DNA of 64,000 nt from Candidatus Enterousia sp. (GTDB lineage: Bacteria > Pseudomonadota > Alphaproteobacteria > Rs-D84), in assembly GCA_045654485.1 (NCBI GenBank), contig JAZONN010000003.1, positions 14,715 to 78,714 on the forward strand, in the 5' to 3' direction. Positions 45,662 to 58,777 of this stretch are shown in pieces. Position 1 is the stretch's first letter. Every line of letters begins with the position of its first letter. The notes under the pieces were generated by a model. That model did not search any database. It had not been told where the DNA came from and saw only the letters and a program-made list of their open reading frames with translations. Made by a program: the position numbers and the translations under genes.

Positions 45662-47430
45662 CCGTCAATAAAACCACCGGATTGCATTTTCCATAAACGA
45701 GCATATTCGCCGCCACGACGTAATAATGCGGAATGCGATCCCTGCTCTATTATATGTCCGCCCTGCATAACAACGATACGATCCATATTACGCAATGTTG
45801 ACAAGCGGTGTGCAATCGCAACAGTTGTGCGACCGGTCGCCAATTCGTCAAATGATTTTTGAATACAAACCTCGGTTTCTGAATCCAGCGCAGATGTTGC
45901 TTCATCTAATATCAAAATAGGGGCGTCTTTCAAAAAAGCACGGGCGATGGCGATTCTTTGACGCTGGCCACCCGACAACTTAATCCCCCTATCCCCAACC
46001 AATGAATCATATTTCTTGTCTGTAGCCATTATGAAATCATGCGCCATAGCACGCTTGGCAGCAGAACGAACCGCCGTTAATGAAGCATCATTTTTACCAT
46101 AGGCAATGTTATCACGCAAAGTACGGTTAAACATTGTGGGTTCTTGTGGAATAAACGCTATACTGCGACGCAATGAATCTTGGGAAACATCACGGATATT
46201 TTGGCCGTCTATTAATATTTCACCACTGGTCGGATCATAAAAACGCATTAACAAGTTTACCAAGGTTGTTTTACCCGCACCCGATGCACCAACCACACCA
46301 ACACGTTCACCACAGGATATTTTCAAATTAAAGTTACGCAAAACCCATTTACGTTTGTACTTAAACGACACATTGCGAAACTCTATTTCGCCACATGTAA
46401 CCTGTAAGTCGGGCGCATTGTTCGCATCCATTACATCAACAGGCACAACCAATTCTTCGTATGCACGCACCGCAGAACCCAACACATCCGTTATATTCGG
46501 GATTTGATTTACCAATTGTCCAATTGTGCCCATAACGGTAAAGAATACAGAATTGGTAAATACTATTTCTGCAACAGTAATTTCACCACGCATATACAGC
46601 CACACAGACAAAAACAAAGTAACGCCATAACATATATCCCACAACACCATTGGAAAGCCCCAGAACCAACGTTGGACAAAAGATTTGCGTTTATACTGCT
46701 TAATCTGATTATTTCGTGCAGGATCAAGGTACTTCTTTTCATGCAATGCGCCTGCAAATAATTTAACAATAGAAAAGTTTGATATACTGTCAACACTTTT
46801 GCCGGATACTTCGCTGGTAGAACTGCTGTATTCCTTGGCGGCACGGTTCATGGGTTTAATCATAATCCAACTGTATATGGCACGCATAGCAAATACAATT
46901 CCAAACATAATCGCAACATATGTGTTAATCGAGAAAATCAACCCTACGTTTATCAGAACAACCACCAACAGACACGTCAAGCGCCAAAAATCAATCACCG
47001 CATCTACACCTTTGGCAACATACATAATTTGAGTATGAACTTTGCCCGCCATACGCCCAGTCCAAAACGACATTGATTGGTTATAGACATAATCACTTAA
47101 TTTAATCCAAATGCGATTTTGAACCAACGGCCCCCAACGTGAATAAAAAACATCACGGAATAACATCGAAACATCAATCAACAACAGCAACGAAACAATC
47201 ATTACAATTGTCGGCCAAGCGTACTCGATAAACGTCATACCAGATGGCACAGGATTTTCAAACAACGCGATAAACCAACGCTGGAAATTCGGGAACAAAA
47301 CACCGTCCATAGAAACAATGAAAAAGAATACGGCCCACGCGACAATCGCGCCAATTGACCCACGTACAGAATACCGCAAATAAAAACGCCACAGCGACTT
47401 TGGCAATGCCGTATCTGATTTTTGTTTCAT
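45658..47430 (-). CDS. ABC exporter, fused permease/ATPase
   Basis: TM domain; GASGAGKT, LSGGQRQR, LDEATSALD, AHRL. Confidence 0.93.
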   Translation of the reverse strand: MKQKSDTALPKSLWRFYLRYSVRGSIGAIVAWAVFFFIVSMDGVLFPNFQRWFIALFENPVPSGMTFIEYAWPTIVMIVSLLLLIDVSMLFRDVFYSRWGPLVQNRIWIKLSDYVYNQSMSFWTGRMAGKVHTQIMYVAKGVDAVIDFWRLTCLLVVVLINVGLIFSINTYVAIMFGIVFAMRAIYSWIMIKPMNRAAKEYSSSTSEVSGKSVDSISNFSIVKLFAGALHEKKYLDPARNNQIKQYKRKSFVQRWFWGFPMVLWDICYGVTLFLSVWLYMRGEITVAEIVFTNSVFFTVMGTIGQLVNQIPNITDVLGSAVRAYEELVVPVDVMDANNAPDLQVTCGEIEFRNVSFKYKRKWVLRNFNLKISCGERVGVVGASGAGKTTLVNLLMRFYDPTSGEILIDGQNIRDVSQDSLRRSIAFIPQEPTMFNRTLRDNIAYGKNDASLTAVRSAAKRAMAHDFIMATDKKYDSLVGDRGIKLSGGQRQRIAIARAFLKDAPILILDEATSALDSETEVCIQKSFDELATGRTTVAIAHRLSTLRNMDRIVVMQGGHIIEQGSHSALLRRGGEYARLWKMQSGGFIDG

Positions 47431-49211
47431 TATTTAGCCCCCTGATTTGTAATTACTTCTTTGAATATCTCGGCCGGAATTGTACCACCTGTGATTGCGG
47501 AATCCATTGGTGTAAAATCATCGTTACCCATCCATACGCCAATCACTCTGTTTGGCGTCGCACCAACAAACCACGCATCACGGTTTTCATTGCTGGTCCC
47601 TGTTTTACCGCCCAAAACACCATCGACGCGCGCACGACCGCCCGTACCCCCCGACGCAACAACATCCGCCAACATTGTTTGCATATATCCAACCGTATCA
47701 GGTGCCAAGACCATAATAGGATCCGACGGGTTACGATTGTAAATAACATTGCCACGCATATCGGTTACTTTTGTAATAGAATATGGACGCACCGATTGGC
47801 CGTTGTTCCATATAACCGCATATATGTTCGTCAAATCCAACAATGTCATTTCGGACGCCCCCAAAACAGTCGAATATTCACGACGCAGTTTTGTACCAAC
47901 ACCCAAACGTCCCGCCATATCCAACACCGCATCAATACCATAGGTTTCGGTCAACTTTAATGGAACAGAGTTAACACTTTTCGCAAAAGCCGTTGCCAAT
48001 GTAATATCGCCATAATAACGTTCGTTATAGTTCTTGGGACTGTAATCACCAATTGCAAACGGAGAATCATTTACAAAAGCATCAGGCGTCATACCATTTT
48101 CCAACGCAACCAGATAGACCACGGGCTTAAACGCACTGCCCGATTGACGTGGGGCGGTCGCGCGATTAAATTGACTGGCTTGGTAATTGGCACCACCCGA
48201 CATTGCACGCAAAGCACCATCAAAATCCATTGCGACAACCGCACCTTGGTATGGGGGCACACGCACAGACAAAATTTCCGAAACAGTATCTTGTAATTTT
48301 GTGTCCAGCGTGGTGTAAACATACATATCTGTTTCAAATGCACCGATTGTTGAATGTAATTCATCCATTACATAATCAGTCCAATAACGATATTGATTTG
48401 TATCGGATGCCCCCACCGCAGGACTTAATGATTGTGCGGCAACACGTGCCTGATTAATCGTGATATACCCCTGGCGCACCATTTCAGACAGAACCACACG
48501 GGCACGGGCTATATTTTTGTCAGGATTGCGTAGTGGACTGTATGTTGTTGGGGCCTTTAACATTGCGGCGATTTGTGCCGACTGACCAATCGAAAGTTTT
48601 GTTGCGGGCACACCAAACATTGTACGGGCCGCCGCATCAATACCACGCATACCGCCAACCAACGAAACACGATTCATATATAAATCCAGAACTTGGTTTT
48701 TATTAAACCGATTTTCCAACCAATAAGACAAAATAAGTTCTTGGACTTTGCGGGATATCTTTTTTTCACGCGATAAAAATATATTCTTGGCCGTTTGTTG
48801 CGTAATGGTCGAACCGCCAGATGCCATGCGGCCAGATACCATATTCGACACAACCGCACGCATAATACCACGAATATCTATTGGACCGTGCGTAAAGAAA
48901 CGTTTGTCTTCGATGGCAACAATGGATTGCCAAACGTGTGCCGGCAATGTTTCAGTCGATACAGGAGTCCCCATTATTCGATTGGCACTACGTATTTCAT
49001 TTCCACGCGAATCCAAAAACACAATTGTTGCATCACGCGTTTCATGTAAAATCGCATCCAATGACGGCATTCGTAAATATATAACAGAAACATATCCCGC
49101 AACACCAACACAACCCAATAAAAACAAGTTAAACATCCATACAAATACACGACGTCGAAACGATGGACGTGCATCCGTATTTTCTAACCTTTTATCCTTT
49201 ATGCGTGACAA
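47430..49211 (-). CDS. Class A penicillin-binding protein (PBP1A family)
   Basis: EDKRF, GGSTITQQ, RKVQE, SAFK, SVN, KTG. Confidence 0.93.
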   Translation of the reverse strand: MSRIKDKRLENTDARPSFRRRVFVWMFNLFLLGCVGVAGYVSVIYLRMPSLDAILHETRDATIVFLDSRGNEIRSANRIMGTPVSTETLPAHVWQSIVAIEDKRFFTHGPIDIRGIMRAVVSNMVSGRMASGGSTITQQTAKNIFLSREKKISRKVQELILSYWLENRFNKNQVLDLYMNRVSLVGGMRGIDAAARTMFGVPATKLSIGQSAQIAAMLKAPTTYSPLRNPDKNIARARVVLSEMVRQGYITINQARVAAQSLSPAVGASDTNQYRYWTDYVMDELHSTIGAFETDMYVYTTLDTKLQDTVSEILSVRVPPYQGAVVAMDFDGALRAMSGGANYQASQFNRATAPRQSGSAFKPVVYLVALENGMTPDAFVNDSPFAIGDYSPKNYNERYYGDITLATAFAKSVNSVPLKLTETYGIDAVLDMAGRLGVGTKLRREYSTVLGASEMTLLDLTNIYAVIWNNGQSVRPYSITKVTDMRGNVIYNRNPSDPIMVLAPDTVGYMQTMLADVVASGGTGGRARVDGVLGGKTGTSNENRDAWFVGATPNRVIGVWMGNDDFTPMDSAITGGTIPAEIFKEVITNQGAK

Positions 49212-49307
49212 TTTTTCCCCTTTGGTTGGGATGTTAGCATAAATGGCTTGCCTTTTACAAGATTTTATAATTATAATCCGTATGTTTTACGTAAAGGGGA
49301 TGTGAAT

Positions 49308-49988
49308 ATGAAAAAGATTGCCGTTTTAATGGCCGCTTTATTACCAATGGTCGCAGCCGCAGAAGAATACGCGGACGATTACAACACGTACGATAATTAT
49401 TATGACGAATATGAATATATTGACAACACTGCATCGGTAACAACACCGGAAAAACGCGATAACTATATCGGTATCAGAATCCATAAAAACGAAAGAATTG
49501 CGTTCAAATATGATATTCACAGCGGCGGCAATTCCAATGTACGCGAAGATAACTTTGGGTTTGGCGCAGTTATTGGCAATAGATTAAGCAACCATGTCAA
49601 AATTGAATTTGAAACGTCATATGTTGGGGGCGACCAAACCAAACGCGGGGTAAATTATGACTTTGATGTTTGGGCCAATATGTTGAACGTATACCTGTTC
49701 AATGAATACGCAGGCGCAATTGCACCGTACGCAGGTCTGGGGATTGGTTTTGCCAATATTTGGGGCGATATCAGTATGCCAAAAATGTCCGACAGTGTTT
49801 TCGATTTATCGTATAGCGCAATGGTCGGTGTGAACTTTGCACTAAACGACCGTGTTGATTTGAATCTAGGACTAAAATATCATTATTATGGCGAATTAGA
49901 ACACCAGTTAAACGGTAACGAATACGCAATTACAGACGTGGATGCGACCGAGTTTTATTTCGGTGCAGCATATAAATTTGGATTGTAA
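49308..49988 (+). CDS. Outer-membrane beta-barrel (OmpA-TM/Opa-like)
   Basis: Signal peptide; APYAGLGIG; C-terminal GAAYKF. Confidence 0.85.
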   Translation: MKKIAVLMAALLPMVAAAEEYADDYNTYDNYYDEYEYIDNTASVTTPEKRDNYIGIRIHKNERIAFKYDIHSGGNSNVREDNFGFGAVIGNRLSNHVKIEFETSYVGGDQTKRGVNYDFDVWANMLNVYLFNEYAGAIAPYAGLGIGFANIWGDISMPKMSDSVFDLSYSAMVGVNFALNDRVDLNLGLKYHYYGELEHQLNGNEYAITDVDATEFYFGAAYKFGL

Positions 49989-50021
49989 TTGGATTCTTTT
50001 TCCGTTGTATTATTTGTTTAG

Positions 50022-52025
<2,004 letters not shown>

Positions 52026-52069
52026 ACCCCGATATAATCGGGGTATGGACATGAAACTTTCGGACGTAA

Positions 52070-52282
52070 TTAACGGTCGCGCGATACAGGACGATCGACA
52101 AACATCCATATCAGCCACACCAATGCCGATATACCGATTATTGTATAAACAATATTACTGGCCAAGGTTGCAGGGCCAAATAAATACGCAACCAAATCAA
52201 AACCAAAGATACCTATTAAGCCCCAGTTCAAGGCACCAATAAATGTCAATGGTATTAAAACGTAGTTTGTTAGTCCTCTCAT
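52070..52282 (-). CDS. DUF378 small membrane protein
   Basis: IGALNWGLIGIFGFDLVA.LFG; GGAG RBS. Confidence 0.88.
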   Translation of the reverse strand: MRGLTNYVLIPLTFIGALNWGLIGIFGFDLVAYLFGPATLASNIVYTIIGISALVWLIWMFVDRPVSRDR

Positions 52283-52492
52283 CTGTTTTCTCCTTTTCAC
52301 GGTTTGTTTCGTCTTTTGATAAGACACATGTATTATACGAACTTTTAAGTCGCAACGCAATAGCATTAAGGCATTTAGGAAAAGGTTCAAACCGCATTTT
52401 TTCCTATTGTTTACAGGCACATATTGCCGCATATTAAGGCAACACTTTATCATATTTTGACAGACGTAATTTAATATTATATCATATATACT

Positions 52493-53197
52493 ATGACAAG
52501 ATTTTATGATGCGCATTGCCATATTCCAGATACACAAAACATTGATGCGATTGTGCAAGATATGCGGACGCATTCTATTGAAATAATACTAAACAACGCA
52601 GCACGTCCGTCCGAATGGAAATTCGTTTATAATATTTCACAGCGACATAAAAATATATTTGGGGCATTGGGAATCCACCCGTGGCATATATCACAGACAA
52701 CACCAAATTGGCAAGACGAATTAAGACAATACTTAATCGCTAATCCCAAATTGATGGTGGGTGAAATCGGATTGGACAAGTATCATCCAAATACAAACGA
52801 ACAAGTCGACATATGTCAGAGCCAGTTAAAATTGGCCGCAGAACTAAAACGTGGGACATGTGTACATTGTGTCGGTGCATGGGATAAAATATTACACATC
52901 TTAAAAGAAAACAAACGCGCCCTACCCCCTGTGATACTGTTCCATAAATTCAATGGTAATATCAAGATTATGCAAGATTTAATATCATCATGTAACGCAT
53001 ACTTTTCATTTGCAGACACAACAAATATCAATGTCATACACACCGTACCGCAAAACCGTATTTTAATTGAAAGTGATACAGATAATCCCATAGACGTGAT
53101 AAATAACACCAAAAATATCGCAAATTTATTGAATATGGATTTAAATACTTTAACATCAAGCATAGAGCAAAATATAACCCAGGTTTTAGACATATGA
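52493..53197 (+). CDS. tatD: TatD-family nuclease
   Basis: DAHCH, GIHPW, GEIGLD, HC, ILIESD. Confidence 0.9.
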   Translation: MTRFYDAHCHIPDTQNIDAIVQDMRTHSIEIILNNAARPSEWKFVYNISQRHKNIFGALGIHPWHISQTTPNWQDELRQYLIANPKLMVGEIGLDKYHPNTNEQVDICQSQLKLAAELKRGTCVHCVGAWDKILHILKENKRALPPVILFHKFNGNIKIMQDLISSCNAYFSFADTTNINVIHTVPQNRILIESDTDNPIDVINNTKNIANLLNMDLNTLTSSIEQNITQVLDI

Positions 53198-53874
53198 ATA
53201 GTTTAGCCAGAATACAAACACTGTTCGGTATCGATGCGATAAACAAATTGAAAAACACAACTGTTATGGTTGTGGGCTGCGGCGCAGTCGGTTCTTTTGC
53301 AATCGAAGCATTGGCCCGTTCGGGAATTGGACACTTGATCATTGTGGACTTTGATGTCGTTGAAGAATCAAATATAAACCGACAAATATTTGCCACCACT
53401 TCAACCATTGGTCAAGCAAAAGTAGATGTTGCGTCAAAACGCATACACGACATAAACCCCAATGCCGTGGTCACAGCACATAAAATGTTCTGGGATGAAA
53501 ATACAGATATAAACGACAGACCCGACTTTGTCATAGACGCTATTGATACGGTGGATTCTAAAATATCTTTATATAAGTGGGCAGAACAACATAATTTGAA
53601 AATAATTGCGTGTATGGGGGCGGCATCAAAAACAGATGTTAGCCGCATAAAAATTGCCCCTTTGTTTAAAACCAGTGTTTGCCCATTGGCGCAACGGGTT
53701 CGTCAAATCGCACGAAAAAACAATATTTCAAACATACCAACCGTGTTTTCAGATGAAACGCCAGTACCGGTGGTCGGACATGCAAAAAATCTTGGGTCTA
53801 TTATTACTGTGACGGGAACCTTTGGATTGACGATGGCAAACTATGCCATACAGGAAATCATTCAGGAAAAGTGA
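53194..53874 (+). CDS. tcdA: ThiF-family tRNA t6A dehydratase
   Basis: GCGAVGS, SNINRQ, DAID, MGAA, CPLA. Confidence 0.85.
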   Translation: MNSLARIQTLFGIDAINKLKNTTVMVVGCGAVGSFAIEALARSGIGHLIIVDFDVVEESNINRQIFATTSTIGQAKVDVASKRIHDINPNAVVTAHKMFWDENTDINDRPDFVIDAIDTVDSKISLYKWAEQHNLKIIACMGAASKTDVSRIKIAPLFKTSVCPLAQRVRQIARKNNISNIPTVFSDETPVPVVGHAKNLGSIITVTGTFGLTMANYAIQEIIQEK

Positions 53875-53941
53875 TTTCGCACCATTTGCAATACAATTGA
53901 TATTCTGATAAAATTATGTACAAAAATGGAAGGGAGAAAAC

Positions 53942-54688
53942 ATGAAAATCACACAAAAATTAAAATCTTGGTCGGGGGTATGGATATCCGTCTTGGCAAT
54001 TGGTGTTGCGATGGGCGGCTACTTTATCGGTGATGGAATCTATCGTGCAATGTCGGGGCGCACGGTAACCGTCAAAGGTTTAGCCGAACGTGATGTCGTG
54101 GCAGATACGGCCGTATGGAATATTAAAATCAATGGTGTTGGCGGAGATTTGACAAAACTACAATCCCAAATTGATGAAGATATTGCAGAAATTCATACAT
54201 TTCTTATTGATGCCGGATTTGAACCAGATGAAATACAAAACCTGCGTATTCAGGTACGTGATAAATATGCAGGATATTCGGATGCCGAATTAAAAAACCA
54301 ACAAAACGATGGACGATATGTAATCGACACAGGCGTCATGGTGCGTTCCAAGCAAGTTATGTTGGTGGATGCAATGTCACGCAGAATGGGCGAATTGGTA
54401 CGTCGTGGAATTACAATTACCGAAGATTATTCTGGACCTGTTTATATATTTAACGGTTTGAATGACATAAAAATCCCTATGATTGAACAAGCAACAAAAA
54501 ATGCCACCGCTGCGGGTCAACAGTTCGCAAAAGACGCAGATGCGAAATTAGGACAAATTAAAAGTGCAAACCAAGGGGTTTTTAGTATTGAATCCCGTGA
54601 TCCAATTGACCGTTGGTCATCCGACGAACGTCAAGCAATTAACAAAAAAGTTCGTGTTGTGGCAACAATTACGTTTTATTTGAAATAA
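53942..54688 (+). CDS. SIMPL (DUF541) domain protein
   Basis: VTVKGLAER.V.AD, QFAKD..LGQIKSANQGVFSI, KKVRVV. Confidence 0.88.
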   Translation: MKITQKLKSWSGVWISVLAIGVAMGGYFIGDGIYRAMSGRTVTVKGLAERDVVADTAVWNIKINGVGGDLTKLQSQIDEDIAEIHTFLIDAGFEPDEIQNLRIQVRDKYAGYSDAELKNQQNDGRYVIDTGVMVRSKQVMLVDAMSRRMGELVRRGITITEDYSGPVYIFNGLNDIKIPMIEQATKNATAAGQQFAKDADAKLGQIKSANQGVFSIESRDPIDRWSSDERQAINKKVRVVATITFYLK

Positions 54689-54712
54689 AGAAACGCCCAA
54701 GTGGGCGTTTCT

Positions 54713-56791
54713 TTATTCGGCCAATGTTCCAACCGACATTGTTATACGGCGGACACCGCTACTGATAGATTTCTCTTTATTGATACGTGCCTTTAATATT
54801 TCGCCGGTATGATATATATGCGTACCACCGCATAATTCACAAGACACATCACCGGCGGTGATAACTTTGACCGTATCGCCATATTTTTCACCAAACAATG
54901 CCATCGCACCACGTGCGACCGCATCATCCATTGACATTTCTTCGTGGGCAACCGGCATATCGGCCGCAATCCAAGTGTTTATCAAATCTTCGACCGCTTG
55001 TTTTTCTTCGGTGGTCATAGGACGACCAAAGCGGAAGTCAAAACGAACGGAGTCAGGTGAAACTTTGGAACCACGCTGTTCAACATCTTCATTTAAGACA
55101 GCACGTAATGCGGACTGCAACAAATGGGTTGCTGTGTGTGCGCGGGCGGTTTGTTGACGTACCGCAGAATTAATCACAGGAACGACAATGTCACCAACAG
55201 ACAAATCTGATGTCAATGTACCTTTGTGGATAACAACGTTATCAACACGGGCGGCTTCGGCTACATTCATAACGGCTGCGTCATCACGACGTAATTCGCC
55301 ACTATCGCCGACTTGGCCACCTTGGGTGCCATAGAACGTTGTTTTATCCAATGCAACCTCTACATTATCGCCGGCATTGGCCTGTGTCACAAATTCACCG
55401 TCACGCAAAATAGACAGAACACGTGATTCCATTGCAACAGGTGCGTATTTCGCAGCATCATCGGTCGCAGGCAATTCAGTTTGAGATTCCCAGAATATAC
55501 GAGTACCTTTGGTATCTGCACGGGAACGTTCTTTCTGTTCGGCCATAGATTTTTCAAAGCCAGCGACATCGACATCTATATTTCTATCACGCAAAATCAT
55601 TTGGGTTAAATCCAATGGGAAACCATATGTATCAAATAACTTGAACGCAATATCGCCCGGCAAAACAGCGTTATTCAACTTTGGAATTTCATTTTCCAAC
55701 AATTTCATACCGTTTTGCAACATATCTGCAAATGAATTTTCTTCGTTACGCAAAATTTCAACAACACGTTCTTGTTCACGGGCCAATTCAGGATACGCTG
55801 CACCCATTTCTGTGATTAATGCGGGGTATAGTTTTGACAGCAACGCACCACGATGCCCCAAAATCTGACCGTGACGCATCGCACGACGTAAAATACGACG
55901 AATTACATATCCACGATCTGTATTCGATGGAATAACACCGTCGGCAATTGCAAAACCAACGCTGCGTAAATGATCAGTAATCACCTTAAAACTGGCGATA
56001 TTTTCAGGCGTTTCGGCAACGCCGGTTACATCAGATACGGCACGCTTTAAATTCACAAATAGGTCAGTATCATAATTGTCTGTCACGCCTTGCATAATTG
56101 ATGCAAAACGTTCCAAGCCCGCACCCGTATCAACATTTTGACGTGGCAACGGCGTCAAATTACCGTTGGCATCACGGTCGTATTGCATAAATACATCGTT
56201 CCAGATTTCAACCCAGCGACCGCCATCTTCGTCTGCAGACCCGGGCAAGCCACCCGCCAAATGATCGCCCATATCATAATGCATTTCAGTACATGGCCCG
56301 CAAGGTCCAGTTTCGCCTGCAGACCACCAATTGTCTTTGTCACCCAATAAAATCGCTTCTTTGCCGGCAACCTTCTTCCAAATAGCAGCAGCTTCTTCGT
56401 CACTATAATGCGTAGTGACAACAATACGATTGGGATCCAAACCGAATACACGGGTCAATAATTCCCACGACATTTCAATTGCGCCTTCTTTGAAATAATC
56501 ACCAAAAGACCAATTGCCCAACATTTCAAAGAATGTATGATGACGACCATCAAAACCAACGTCTTCTAAATCGTTATGTTTGCCGCCGGCACGGATACAT
56601 TTTTGAACGTCCGCAACACGTGGCGCAAAGGCAGGTTCTGTACCCTGCAAAATTCCTTTCCATGGGACCATACCAGCAACGGTAAACAGCAAAGTCGGAT
56701 CATTTGGAACCAACGATGCAGACGGCACAATTTTATGCCCATGTGATTCAAAATATTCTAAGAAAGCATGTCTAATTTCATCATATGTCAT
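54713..56791 (-). CDS. alaS: Alanine--tRNA ligase (short; no C-Ala domain)
   Basis: DPTLLFT.AGM, HHTFFEMLGN, DTGAGLER, HTATH, ELCGGTH, GVRRI, then stop. Confidence 0.95.
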   Translation of the reverse strand: MTYDEIRHAFLEYFESHGHKIVPSASLVPNDPTLLFTVAGMVPWKGILQGTEPAFAPRVADVQKCIRAGGKHNDLEDVGFDGRHHTFFEMLGNWSFGDYFKEGAIEMSWELLTRVFGLDPNRIVVTTHYSDEEAAAIWKKVAGKEAILLGDKDNWWSAGETGPCGPCTEMHYDMGDHLAGGLPGSADEDGGRWVEIWNDVFMQYDRDANGNLTPLPRQNVDTGAGLERFASIMQGVTDNYDTDLFVNLKRAVSDVTGVAETPENIASFKVITDHLRSVGFAIADGVIPSNTDRGYVIRRILRRAMRHGQILGHRGALLSKLYPALITEMGAAYPELAREQERVVEILRNEENSFADMLQNGMKLLENEIPKLNNAVLPGDIAFKLFDTYGFPLDLTQMILRDRNIDVDVAGFEKSMAEQKERSRADTKGTRIFWESQTELPATDDAAKYAPVAMESRVLSILRDGEFVTQANAGDNVEVALDKTTFYGTQGGQVGDSGELRRDDAAVMNVAEAARVDNVVIHKGTLTSDLSVGDIVVPVINSAVRQQTARAHTATHLLQSALRAVLNEDVEQRGSKVSPDSVRFDFRFGRPMTTEEKQAVEDLINTWIAADMPVAHEEMSMDDAVARGAMALFGEKYGDTVKVITAGDVSCELCGGTHIYHTGEILKARINKEKSISSGVRRITMSVGTLAE

Positions 56792-56871
56792 ATTCACATC
56801 CTGTTGTTTTTCGGTGGCATTGTATAAACTTTCGCCACGGTATGCAATCATTAATATTCATTTATGAAACT

Positions 56872-57639
56872 TTAATTTTCAGACGTCATTACCGCATCAA
56901 CAATGGCTAAACAATCGGCAACTAATCGTGTAGTTTTTTCCGATATATCACGACCACGTCCACGTGGTGTGATACGGACAAGATTTACCGAATCCATGTA
57001 AATAGGCGTGTTTATAATATCATCACCACGCATTATACTGTTTAGAACCGCCCACATCACCGCATCAACCGATGCAGCATCCACACAGGCCTTGGATATT
57101 GTTTCGTGTACACGGCGTAAAATTTCGGCCATTTTATGTGCCGAAAACATTCGAACCATTGTTCCAGCCATTCCAATGTGTGGACGAAAAAATTCCGCAT
57201 CAACACCATCCAATGTATGCAAATCAACCGAACGCATCAAACGTAATACGTCCAACAAATTGTCGTTTACATATGCCGCATTTTGGATTACCGCAAAGTT
57301 ATTTGACGACACGTCGGGGATACGCAAATCAAGCAACATATCTGTATCATTTATAAAGACAATCCATTGTGCGTTCGGGGCAAATCGGTGCGCAACATCC
57401 AGCACACCCAACCGCGCAGACATTAAATCAATATCTTGCGTCGAATTTACAATACGTAGACGTCCACGATACCCCAATTTACGAATATCACGAACCGTAA
57501 TGCTGTGTGATGGATTAGTGTTGTAAATTATTAATAAAAAATCTTGGGGCAAACGTGATATCGGCGGAACAGACAGCGATAAACATTCGCTGTTAAATGT
57601 CGTCATCCCGATAATAGCGCGAACTTTGCCCGTAAACAT
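56872..57639 (-). CDS. Hypothetical protein, degenerate GT-A-like fold
   Basis: IIGMTTFN, LIIYN, SAR..L, WIVFINDTDML resemble the GT2 pattern. Confidence 0.55.
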   Translation of the reverse strand: MFTGKVRAIIGMTTFNSECLSLSVPPISRLPQDFLLIIYNTNPSHSITVRDIRKLGYRGRLRIVNSTQDIDLMSARLGVLDVAHRFAPNAQWIVFINDTDMLLDLRIPDVSSNNFAVIQNAAYVNDNLLDVLRLMRSVDLHTLDGVDAEFFRPHIGMAGTMVRMFSAHKMAEILRRVHETISKACVDAASVDAVMWAVLNSIMRGDDIINTPIYMDSVNLVRITPRGRGRDISEKTTRLVADCLAIVDAVMTSEN

Positions 57640-57723
57640 AGTTATTAGGTTAAAGAAAAATCACAACAATTGCAAACATATAGTTTTTTATGATATAATG
57701 CGTGCATAAAAAGAGACGCCAAT

Positions 57724-58203
57724 ATGAAACCAAGCATGACATTAGCCATCGTTTTGATGATTATCATCGTTTTGATGACGGCATTTAACATACATTTGGG
57801 AAGCAATGCGCCCTTGAATATTTCACCAGAGCAAATGGCACACACATTGTTCGTATGCCCCGTTGCACGCAATAGTATATGGGTGACGTTTGCAATGCTG
57901 TTAAGACGTGCGACCAAGCCAATTACAATTGGTTTTTCGTTTGCGGCATTAATGCTGATGTTTTCATGGGGATGGGCATTGTATCAAAACCTGTTGAAAG
58001 ATAAGTTTTCACGTGATGTATATAAAAATCCATGGGCATTTACAAAAATGACTTTCTGGGCATTAGTTATGGTAATAATAGCAATGTCAACCACAGCACA
58101 TTTTCGTGCAGTTCATGTAGATGGCAGCAATGAAAAATGGGTTTTATGCGACAATAATTCACCAAAAGCGGTCGCCGTACCTGCCGAAAAGGTACACCCA
58201 TAG
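57724..58203 (+). CDS. Membrane hypothetical protein
   Basis: Three hydrophobic segments; own promoter TTGCAA..TATAAT. Confidence 0.65.
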   Translation: MKPSMTLAIVLMIIIVLMTAFNIHLGSNAPLNISPEQMAHTLFVCPVARNSIWVTFAMLLRRATKPITIGFSFAALMLMFSWGWALYQNLLKDKFSRDVYKNPWAFTKMTFWALVMVIIAMSTTAHFRAVHVDGSNEKWVLCDNNSPKAVAVPAEKVHP

Positions 58204-58362
58204 CGCATTGTGTATTATATAAGTGTAATTTTATGCATAATTCTGGGGCTTTTGAATTATTGACTTGACTTAAAGCGCAGAATTCTCTACGATTCGGACA
58301 AGCAGTACAGGCAATGCTTAGGCACTGCGGGACAATTAAAAATTTTATGAAAGGAGAAACAC

Positions 58363-58635
58363 ATGAACAAACAACAATTAATCGAAGCGATTGCAAACGA
58401 AGTCGATGTAACAAAAGCAACTGCTGCATCATGCTTGGACGCATTCATCAACACAGTTACAAAAGTTTTGAAGAAAAAAGGCGAAGTTCGCTTGGTTGGC
58501 TTTGGTACATTTGCAACAGCAAAACGTAAAGCAACAACAGGTCGCAACCCACAAACAGGTGCTGCTATCAAAATCCCTGCTTCTACACAGCCAAAATTCA
58601 AACCAGGTAAAGCATTGAAAGAAGCTTTGAATTAA
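58363..58635 (+). CDS. hup: DNA-binding protein HU
   Basis: MNKQQLIEAIA, LVGFGTF, GRNPQTG, FKPGKALKE; terminator 58655-58687. Confidence 0.95.
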   Translation: MNKQQLIEAIANEVDVTKATAASCLDAFINTVTKVLKKKGEVRLVGFGTFATAKRKATTGRNPQTGAAIKIPASTQPKFKPGKALKEALN

Positions 58636-58777
58636 TTTTGATGTGTTATCGAGAAAAAATTCCCTGCAATTGCAGGGGATTTTTTTGTATTTACTGTATT
58701 TATTATAAAAAATAATTCTTTACATAAAAAAAATTATTGCATACAATATAATCGTCAAACAAAAAAGGAAGGACCAA

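Noticed and set aside
52045-52242. Small + strand ORF after ligA with TATAAT just upstream
   Set aside because: The TATAAT is the loop of the ligA terminator hairpin ACCCCGA/TCGGGGT, and the ORF is antisense to DUF378.
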